DNA of 64,000 nucleotides from a virus (Duplodnaviria; Caudoviricetes): IMG/VR virus record IMGVR_UViG_3300037313_001148, positions 1 to 64,000 of that record; one strand, 5' to 3'. Shown piece by piece: positions 56,887 to 64,000 of this stretch (position 1 is its first letter; each line of letters starts with the position of its first letter). The notes under the pieces were generated by a model. It saw only the letters and a program-made list of their open reading frames with translations, ran no database searches and was not told where the DNA came from. The position numbers and the translations under genes were made by a program.

Positions 56887-59064
56887 ATGCCCACCACTAC
56901 ACGGGTTCCACTCCTGGATACCGCCCTGGCCACGAGCGCGGTCAGCACACTTATCGTATCCGCCGGGCCTGGCCAGGTGCCGACTACACCAAGCACGCTG
57001 ACCTACAATGCCTCAACGCAGACCCTTTCGGTCGGCGCGGTGGCGGCGGTGCCGAAAATCAACACGGGGACCGAGACCGGAACACTCGCCAATCCTAACC
57101 CACAAACCCTACTTAAACATCAGACAATTGATCCAGCGCGGGGACGATGGGATATTTGTGCATACGGCGATTTTTTTTCCAACGGCTCTTCGCAGGTATG
57201 GGATCCAGGTCTGTTTATTGGTTATAATCCAAACCGTGATTTTACAGACCCCGGTCTAAACAGTGAGCCGTCTTTTACCTACAGTCTCGAAGCTTATTAT
57301 TACGAAGCTTCGTCAGGAAAAACGACCGCCGAAGCCTACGTCGAGTTTCTCTCGCCTGCAAACGATGGGGTCAACCGTTTTCAGCGGAGGCCCTGGAGTT
57401 TCACCCTTGACCGGGCATCGGGAGCGACACGGTTCGGCATCGAACTCGGCCCAGTAGTGGCTGGATTCGCCTCATCGTTCACGATCGCCGCAGGCCCGGC
57501 AACCGGAGGTTCCTTCTCGATCGTGAATGTCGTTGCCGGAGCAACCGCAGCAGCCTCGGTGATTCAGTTGCTCTCCCCGACCGTCTCAATCGGATCGCAC
57601 ACGCTCAGCGATGTGGACGGCGGCTCCTCCGGAACGCTGATCTTCGGCAACGACAACCAGCCAACCCGCTCGCTCAAAGGCAATAACACAACGCTAGAGG
57701 TTGGCAGTTGGTTTACCTCGCTGCGTTACAAGACTCCTGCCGGAGTTGTTATTCAGTCAGACACAATCGACGAAATCGATGTATTTACATTCAATGCAAA
57801 TGTTCTCCACACAAACCATAAAATTTTCCAGATTCAGCACGTTGGCAGCACTCTAGCATACGTTGATATTGCTGGCCTGACGGCAACGAACCTAACCAGC
57901 AGTGGCACACTAACTGTCGCAGGTGGTTCGACATTTTCGGGACTGATTAATGCGGCCAACTCAGGTTCGGACGGATCTTATAACGAGGTTTTTCGCGCCC
58001 AAATCGCGGGCAATCTCGGAGTAGGTAGTTGGCGAAATTCAATCGAGTCGTCACTTTCGTCAACGCCATCCCTTTCGGGCGTGCAAATCAAAATTGCGAC
58101 CAGCCAGACCACGCAAGAGGTTGTCGCCGCATTCAAGGGCGATCTCTCGACATCTCTTGAAGGATCGCTCCTGGTAAGTGGCCCGACAACGGTAGTCGGA
58201 GGCAGCCTCACTGTCTCGGCTGCCGATGGCACAAGTGTAGGAACGCTGATCTTCGGAAACGACAGCCAGCCAACCCGATCGCTCACGGGCAACAACACGA
58301 CGCTGGAAGTTGGCAGTTGGTTCACTTCGCTGCGATACAAGACCCCTGCCGGAGTTACGGTCCAGGCGGATACAATTGACGAAATCGACGTATTTACATT
58401 CAATGCAAATGTTCTCCACACAAACCATAAAATTTTCCAGATTCAGCACGTTGGCAGCACTCTAGCATACGTTGATATTATTGGACTGACAGCGGCGAAC
58501 CTGACCAGTAGTGGCACGCTAACTGTCGCGGGTAGTTCTACGTTTTCCGGCCTGATCGATACCGACACGTCGGGCGCGGACGGAGCCTATAACGAAGTCT
58601 TTCGCGCCCAAATCGCGGGCAACCTCGGAACAGGAAACTGGCGGAATTCGATCGAGTCGTCATGCTCTTCGACGGCAGTCAACTCGGGCATGCGGATCAA
58701 GATCGCGACCAGCCAGACGACTCAGGATATCGTTGCCACGTTCAAGGGCGATCTCTCGACGACGCTGGCCGGGTCGCTTTCGGTGGGCGGCGGGGCGAGC
58801 TTGAGCAAAATCCTCCCGGCCTCGGCGATCCTCGATTTCCCCTCGATCGCGGCGGGAGGACAGCAGGAACTTACCATCTCCGTCACCGGCGCGGCCGCCG
58901 GTGCGATGGTATCGCTCGGTCCCCCTTCCGTCCTGGAGGCGGGTGTGATCGTGGGGGCCCGCGTTTCCGCCTCGGGCGTCGTGACGGTGTGCGCCGCCAA
59001 TATCACCGGATCGCCGATCGACCCCGCCTCGGCCACCTACAAGGTCGTGGTATTCAACCCGTGA
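56887..59064 (+). CDS. tail fibre / receptor-binding protein with an internal 203-aa duplication
   Basis: Gly/Ser/Thr-rich; duplicated block; typical fibre-like C-terminus. Confidence 0.75.
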   Translation: MPTTTRVPLLDTALATSAVSTLIVSAGPGQVPTTPSTLTYNASTQTLSVGAVAAVPKINTGTETGTLANPNPQTLLKHQTIDPARGRWDICAYGDFFSNGSSQVWDPGLFIGYNPNRDFTDPGLNSEPSFTYSLEAYYYEASSGKTTAEAYVEFLSPANDGVNRFQRRPWSFTLDRASGATRFGIELGPVVAGFASSFTIAAGPATGGSFSIVNVVAGATAAASVIQLLSPTVSIGSHTLSDVDGGSSGTLIFGNDNQPTRSLKGNNTTLEVGSWFTSLRYKTPAGVVIQSDTIDEIDVFTFNANVLHTNHKIFQIQHVGSTLAYVDIAGLTATNLTSSGTLTVAGGSTFSGLINAANSGSDGSYNEVFRAQIAGNLGVGSWRNSIESSLSSTPSLSGVQIKIATSQTTQEVVAAFKGDLSTSLEGSLLVSGPTTVVGGSLTVSAADGTSVGTLIFGNDSQPTRSLTGNNTTLEVGSWFTSLRYKTPAGVTVQADTIDEIDVFTFNANVLHTNHKIFQIQHVGSTLAYVDIIGLTAANLTSSGTLTVAGSSTFSGLIDTDTSGADGAYNEVFRAQIAGNLGTGNWRNSIESSCSSTAVNSGMRIKIATSQTTQDIVATFKGDLSTTLAGSLSVGGGASLSKILPASAILDFPSIAAGGQQELTISVTGAAAGAMVSLGPPSVLEAGVIVGARVSASGVVTVCAANITGSPIDPASATYKVVVFNP
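57631..58760 (+). repeat. direct repeat 57631-58151 / 58240-58760 (609-nt period)
   Basis: long near-identical DNA blocks. Confidence 0.9.
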
Positions 59065-59071
59065 GGTTTTC

Positions 59072-59353
59072 ATGAGCGAATTCGCATTTTATCTCGGAAT
59101 CCTCGTTGGTCTTTGCCTCGGATTGGCCTACAAGGTTAGACGATCCGTCGCGTCCCATCTCTGGCCGCGGAGCACATTGCAAGGCCGCTGGTCGCACACG
59201 CTGGACTCGTCTTACGCTACGCCAGTTTTCACGTACACCACCGACGAACACTATATCAAGTCGGGCGATGGAGGCTTCAGTTCGTCCCCCTACGTCGAGT
59301 TCCTCTCGCCGCCGCTCGACCGGCGTGTTTCTGGTGACGTATTCAACCCGTGA
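59072..59353 (+). pseudogene. RBP-derived fragment or small membrane ORF
   Basis: FTY..YVEFLSP similar to the RBP N-terminal region; ends VFNP with the same 17 bp as the RBP. Confidence 0.5.
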
Positions 59354-59360
59354 GGCGGAA

Positions 59361-60128
59361 ATGCCCGAAGTCAAAGTAATCGATCTTGCCCACGTCAATG
59401 TAGACGGCGTGGTCGCCGGCAGCGTGGTGGACGTGCTCGACAACTATCGCCCGATCGAGGGCATCAAAGATCTCCTGTTCGCGGCGGTCCAGCGATGGTC
59501 CGACGATCGCGAGCAAGCCCACGAGACGGCCGTCGCTTCACTCCGCGAGTGTCACTGCAAGGAATGCGACGACCTGAAGGCCACACACGCGACGGCCTTG
59601 CAAGATACCTACGGCAAACATAGGGCGGAACTCGACGAAGCGGCACAGGCCCACGCCTCGAACCTCCAGGCGGCGACTGATAGCCATGCGAAGGCGATGG
59701 CCTCACTGAAGGAGCAACTCCAGGCTGACCGCCGTGCCGAAACGGACGAACTACAGGCTCAGATCACTGAACTCCACAAGGTGATTGACGAACAAAAGGC
59801 TGTGACGGGCAAGCATCAGACGGCACTCGACGAAGCGGCGCAGGCTCACACCGAAGCGATCCAAGCGATCGCCGATAGCCACTCAGTCGCCCTTGCCACG
59901 CTCAAGGAGCAACTCCAGGCCGACCACCGCGCTGAAACTGACGGACTGCGTTCGCAAATCGCCGAACTCCTTAAAGTGATCGACGAGCAGAAGACCCTGA
60001 TCGAGACGCTTGGCGGCACCGAGCTTGGGCAACAGATGGCCCGCGAGAAGCGATGCCGGGAACTGCGTGAGACGATCGCCCGGCTCCAGGCGGAACATGA
60101 CGCGATGGCCGAACCGCAAGGAGCATAA
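59361..60128 (+). CDS. coiled-coil protein with a 65-aa internal duplication
   Basis: GKH..LDEAAQAH..LKEQLQAD.RAETD..I.EL.KVIDEQK occurs twice. Confidence 0.7.
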   Translation: MPEVKVIDLAHVNVDGVVAGSVVDVLDNYRPIEGIKDLLFAAVQRWSDDREQAHETAVASLRECHCKECDDLKATHATALQDTYGKHRAELDEAAQAHASNLQAATDSHAKAMASLKEQLQADRRAETDELQAQITELHKVIDEQKAVTGKHQTALDEAAQAHTEAIQAIADSHSVALATLKEQLQADHRAETDGLRSQIAELLKVIDEQKTLIETLGGTELGQQMAREKRCRELRETIARLQAEHDAMAEPQGA

Positions 60129-60131
60129 TCG

Positions 60132-60716
60132 ATGGCCGACACCACCCTCGTCATTGTGTATCCCACGGGCGTGAACCTCTACACTCAGATCGTGGCGCCG
60201 GACAACACGGTCTGGAACGGGTTGAATTACGTCGCTCTCTCGGTGGCATCATGGGCGACATTTGCGACTTCGACGCTCGAGACGCCAGCCTCGAGCGGAG
60301 TGTACGTGTGTCAGTTCCCCGTCAGTTCTCCGGCCGGTAACTATAAGTGGAGAACATATCTACGTGCGGGCGGATCTCCAGTTTCAAGCGACGTTTGTGT
60401 AGGAACAGGAAGTGGATTCTGGGACGGAACAACGTTTGGCTCCGTGAACTCAATTACCGATAAAGCTGGATTCGCTTTATCATCAACCGGAATCGACTCG
60501 ATCGTTATTGAGGCTGCCGCCGGAAGCCAACCTAATATCAATGCACGCCAGGGGATCGCCCTGGTTTTTAATGCGGCGTGCTACGGACTTCTCAATGGAG
60601 TCGGCAGCCCTTCGCCAGTCCAGATTCTCAATCCGGCCGGCACGGTCGTCAGAGCGACAGTAACAACTGACTCAGAGAACAATCGAACAAACGTAGAATT
60701 CAATAATCTTCCTTGA
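60132..60716 (+). CDS. virion structural protein (putative)
   Basis: 194 aa within the tail block. Confidence 0.55.
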   Translation: MADTTLVIVYPTGVNLYTQIVAPDNTVWNGLNYVALSVASWATFATSTLETPASSGVYVCQFPVSSPAGNYKWRTYLRAGGSPVSSDVCVGTGSGFWDGTTFGSVNSITDKAGFALSSTGIDSIVIEAAAGSQPNINARQGIALVFNAACYGLLNGVGSPSPVQILNPAGTVVRATVTTDSENNRTNVEFNNLP

Positions 60717-60717
60717 A

Positions 60718-61917
60718 ATGTATCCATCAAAATTATTTCAAGAATTCCCATTCCCATCACGGCTGTTCCCGCAGAGCGCAGGCTTTGGGGGAACAGTTTC
60801 CGATTACGCCCTCATTCTTCTCTCTGTCCAGGCAGCCCTTCAGAACGCCGCAAATCAGTTCGGCCTTTTTCCTGGCCGGCTAATTCCGCTTCAGCCGTAT
60901 CCTAATCAGCTTTTCCCAAAGTCTTCCCCACGATTCGGCAGCGTCCGGGCGCCAATCACACTCTACAAAAATCCGCCACCTCTCTCAGAAGGCCCGATCG
61001 CCTTCATCATGCCTGGTCCATCGAAATGGCTAAGCGGAGAGATCATGGGCGACGGCCGCTATTATTCCGGCTACGACGGAAGATTTACGATTAGAGTTGT
61101 CGATAAATCTATTCTAGACTACACAGGAAACGATACAATCCGGCTCACAGACGCCAGTACCGGACTGATGCGGACAGCCGATTTCATCGTGGATGTACTG
61201 GACATTGAATTCCCGATTGACTCCAACGGCAATCCGCTAACACAAGAACCTATTGTTCTAGAAACATATTCAAGTCCGCAAATTTTTGAAGGAGCCGGAG
61301 AATGGTGCGGAATTGATCTCACCTTCAAATTCCCCTGGACTCATTCAATATCTGTTCCTGAAGCGAACAACACCACGATCACGTCATCCCGGCCCTCTCC
61401 GACCGGAATGGCCGATCTTCTCTTGTCTGTCCAGGACGCTATCCTTCAGCAAGGATATATCAATAACGTTCAATCATCAATCGTTATTAGAAACGAACGA
61501 AGTTTCCCGCTAGCCGGCGGTCCCTACGTCAACATTAAGCCAGGTACATTTAGATCTATAGACCTAGACAAGTATGGAGCCGGCCGCAATTACGCCACAA
61601 TGGAAGGAAACTTCACAGTTTCTCCATACGTCCATAACTCTATGGATATTACGGGTCGCGCCGACCTGGCCCTGACCGTAAACAATCCGGCGATTTCCCT
61701 TTACTCTCTCTCTCAATATCTAGTCGAAAATCTACAACTCTTCTTCCTTGGATTTGGCGGCCAATTCCTCGCTGAGAATCCGCTTGCTCTGGAAGGAATC
61801 TCCGAGCCACGTTACTATAAGGGGAATTCGTCCTACGTCGGCTTGGATCTCAATTTCATCGTAAGATATCAGGAATTGCTCAGTCAAAATACCGACACTA
61901 TTTCCCCTATAATCTAG
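60718..61917 (+). CDS. two-domain tail-completion-like protein
   Basis: two similar halves (LLSVQ.A..GP..PG..G.GR.Y..G.FT..LD.TG). Confidence 0.55.
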   Translation: MYPSKLFQEFPFPSRLFPQSAGFGGTVSDYALILLSVQAALQNAANQFGLFPGRLIPLQPYPNQLFPKSSPRFGSVRAPITLYKNPPPLSEGPIAFIMPGPSKWLSGEIMGDGRYYSGYDGRFTIRVVDKSILDYTGNDTIRLTDASTGLMRTADFIVDVLDIEFPIDSNGNPLTQEPIVLETYSSPQIFEGAGEWCGIDLTFKFPWTHSISVPEANNTTITSSRPSPTGMADLLLSVQDAILQQGYINNVQSSIVIRNERSFPLAGGPYVNIKPGTFRSIDLDKYGAGRNYATMEGNFTVSPYVHNSMDITGRADLALTVNNPAISLYSLSQYLVENLQLFFLGFGGQFLAENPLALEGISEPRYYKGNSSYVGLDLNFIVRYQELLSQNTDTISPII

Positions 61918-61924
61918 CTGCCGC

Positions 61925-61969
61925 CGACACTCCTCCTTCTCCGTCGTCCCTTGTGCCGCGAAGCGGCAC
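61925..61969 (+). repeat. dispersed motif+GNA hairpin element, copy 9 (intergenic)
   Basis: cgacactcctccttctccgtcgtcc + gtgccgc-GAA-gcggcac. Confidence 0.88.
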
Positions 61970-61982
61970 CGGATCAGGCAAA

Positions 61983-62813
61983 ATGTCACTCACATTAGCA
62001 AATTATCCGTTAACCGTCGAAGATCTTCCGGGGGAAGTGTACGGGTTTGTCGAAAAAAATATCAACCCAGAAGCATATTTTCCATGGCTACGACGGGCGT
62101 TTCCTGGTTGGGGTTATGCCTCGTTGACGTGGCCGACCGGGTATCGGCGCGAGCGGGATTTCGTCATCAATAAGTTTTACTGGCCGACAGGGGCTTGCCG
62201 GTGGGCTTACGGACATTTCCTGGCCGATGCCTACTGGACAGACAAGATCCGAGACGCGGCGTTCACGTCCACGGGGGCGGGTCCATCGGTGCCGATCCGG
62301 CTCAAGATGGACTCGCCCGGTGCGGAGAATGACGAAACTCTCGACACGAAGGTCTATCTTCTCCCGCCTTCACCGCTCTCGGCGGTTCCCGTCGATGAAG
62401 AAAATCATACAGTCAACAATCTATACCTTCTCACGGTTGTTGACGAGCGTTATTACTGGTGGTACAAGGCGACTCCGCTCCTCCAGTTCGATCAGACGAA
62501 CGGCGAAACCTGGATCAACGCCTTTCAGAAAGTCAGCGATTCGCTTGGGACCACGGTCCAGGTAGATACAATCAGTTCTTCATATCTAAGAGCATCGCCG
62601 CAACTTAATATGTCCTATGAAGTCTTGCCGCCGTGGTTTGACGCCCTGGCGTTCAATGTAGGGCAGAAGGTCGTCAGACTATACGACGGAACGGTCAAGA
62701 CTCAAAACTTCTCGACCGCCTACACAGCCTTACTTAACGACGTAAACAGCATCCCTCATCTGACGCGAACCCTGATTGCGGGCGGCGATCGTTTTACTGA
62801 CACAATCATATGA
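61983..62813 (+). CDS. tail/baseplate protein (putative)
   Basis: 276 aa within the tail block. Confidence 0.55.
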   Translation: MSLTLANYPLTVEDLPGEVYGFVEKNINPEAYFPWLRRAFPGWGYASLTWPTGYRRERDFVINKFYWPTGACRWAYGHFLADAYWTDKIRDAAFTSTGAGPSVPIRLKMDSPGAENDETLDTKVYLLPPSPLSAVPVDEENHTVNNLYLLTVVDERYYWWYKATPLLQFDQTNGETWINAFQKVSDSLGTTVQVDTISSSYLRASPQLNMSYEVLPPWFDALAFNVGQKVVRLYDGTVKTQNFSTAYTALLNDVNSIPHLTRTLIAGGDRFTDTII

Positions 62814-63454
62814 GCTTTGATTTTGGTAAAACCGCCGTATTCCCCTCGTCGGGCGGTGTCCGGTTCCTGGGCAGGCGTTGCACCGGGCAGGCGTCCGGTA
62901 CGGCGGTGCCTCAATTTTACACCAAGATTGTCGCGTTTCCTTCGGCTGGCGTTCCTAATGCCCCTGCCTCGATTCAGGGTGTTCAGAGCACAATCAAATG
63001 GTTCCACGACAGCGCCATCGCCCTGTTCAATCAGGGATCGTCCACACCGACCAACCAGGCCGACCTTGACGCCCTGGCGAATCGGATTCTCAAGGATTAC
63101 TGGGGTTGGCTCACGGAATCCTTCGATGAGGTTTACCCCGAAGTCATCGCCCCCGTTCCCAATGCCCTCCTGGACACGATCGAATGGACGTACCGGCCTC
63201 GCGGCGAACTTTTTACACGTCTATTCACGAAAGAATATAATTCTGACCCAGAAGAGCTTTTTCACTGGTATCCAACCTCGGGATGCGTTGACGTATCGTC
63301 AGCTAATCTTGTAGTTGGACCAGAGCCATGTATAATTTTTTATGGGCCTCCTGCTCAATGCTCAGGCGTAAACCTGACCATGACGAGATACAAGGTGTGC
63401 CTAACTGACGGCCTCCTTATCCAGACCTACATCTCAACAGACGTAGTTCAATAA
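62810..63454 (+). CDS. tail protein (putative)
   Basis: 214 aa, 4-nt overlap with the upstream gene. Confidence 0.6.
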   Translation: MSFDFGKTAVFPSSGGVRFLGRRCTGQASGTAVPQFYTKIVAFPSAGVPNAPASIQGVQSTIKWFHDSAIALFNQGSSTPTNQADLDALANRILKDYWGWLTESFDEVYPEVIAPVPNALLDTIEWTYRPRGELFTRLFTKEYNSDPEELFHWYPTSGCVDVSSANLVVGPEPCIIFYGPPAQCSGVNLTMTRYKVCLTDGLLIQTYISTDVVQ

Positions 63455-63456
63455 AA

Positions 63457-64000
63457 ATGTTTGGACAATCTTCAATAATTCCCGCTTCTGGAGCCGTGAG
63501 ATTTCAGACCCGGAGGTGCAACGGGCAGGCATCGGCCTCTGTTCCGGCGTTTTACACGCACGTTGCCCCTCTATCTTCACTTGGAATTACGCAAATTTCT
63601 GGCCCTGGGTTCGTCGGCGCGACGAAATGGTTCCATGATCGGGTAATCGCCCAGTTCAATGCCGGGGGAACCACGCCAACGAATCAGTCGATTCTTGATA
63701 CACTAGCAGAACAGATAATTAAAGATTATTTTATCTGGAAATCACAATCCTTCGATGAAGTTTACCCTGAAGTCATCGCTCCCACTCCCAACGCCCTCCT
63801 GGACACGATCGAATGGACATATCGACCAAAAAAACTATTTACAAGACTGTTTACCTCTGATTACAACAGTGAACCAGAAGAGCTTTTCCACTGGGATTCC
63901 ACAATCGGCGGATGCAACACAGCATCAGCATCCAAAACGCCCTGCTTTGAATCCTACGGACCCCCAACAAAACAAGGTGGACTTGCGGTTGTAGAAGTAT
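63457..64000 (+). CDS. paralog of 62810..63454, truncated by the window edge
   Basis: open frame MFGQSSIIP..SFDEVYPEVIAP.PNALLDTIEWTYRP..EPEELFHW; absent from the ORF track. Confidence 0.8.
   Translation, partial: MFGQSSIIPASGAVRFQTRRCNGQASASVPAFYTHVAPLSSLGITQISGPGFVGATKWFHDRVIAQFNAGGTTPTNQSILDTLAEQIIKDYFIWKSQSFDEVYPEVIAPTPNALLDTIEWTYRPKKLFTRLFTSDYNSEPEELFHWDSTIGGCNTASASKTPCFESYGPPTKQGGLAVVEV

Noticed and set aside
57631-58760. Diversity-generating retroelement (repeat pair, GNRA-like hairpins elsewhere)
   Set aside because: Both copies are inside one ORF, differences are not adenine-specific, and no reverse transcriptase is present.
1173-61969. Repeat family as intrinsic terminators or nut-like RNA sites
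   Set aside because: No U tracts, four copies lie inside ORFs, and two are antisense to local transcription.
1-64000. Prophage boundaries, integrase or host assignment
   Set aside because: No integrase, att sites or host genes are visible, so lifestyle and host cannot be called from this window.

Overview
A 64-kb segment of a large tailed-phage genome (siphovirus-like: tail tube and tape measure present, no sheath). No integrase, DNA polymerase, primase or lysis genes are visible in the window, and the host cannot be determined from it. Layout: a leftward arm (to ~13.8 kb) of small genes plus ArdC, an AAA kinase, a UvrD helicase and a pentapeptide-repeat protein; a rightward middle region (radical SAM, ParB-like, CAP, ThyX, sigma-70, NUDIX-like, Tad1 and a Tad2-like protein); then terminase, a 1186-aa portal fusion, effector cassettes, protease/scaffold, capsid and tail genes. 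The most unusual signals are: (1) nine co-oriented copies of a conserved ~25-nt pyrimidine-rich motif followed by a variable-stem GNA-loop hairpin, both between genes and in frame inside genes, plus one inverted degenerate copy; (2) two solitary type I-C CRISPR repeats, each 23-27 nt upstream of a start codon; (3) a portal-anchored effector polyprotein system punctuated by six CGxxxGGFxxxNTC motifs, each preceded by [E/D]x[F/Y]; (4) three tRNA-like genes with normal acceptor and T arms but aberrant anticodon arms, four T-loop minihelices in 5' leaders and one CCA-ending armless hairpin; (5) a duplicated, covarying pseudoknot flanking tad1. All protein family calls are by eye from motifs; no database searches were run.
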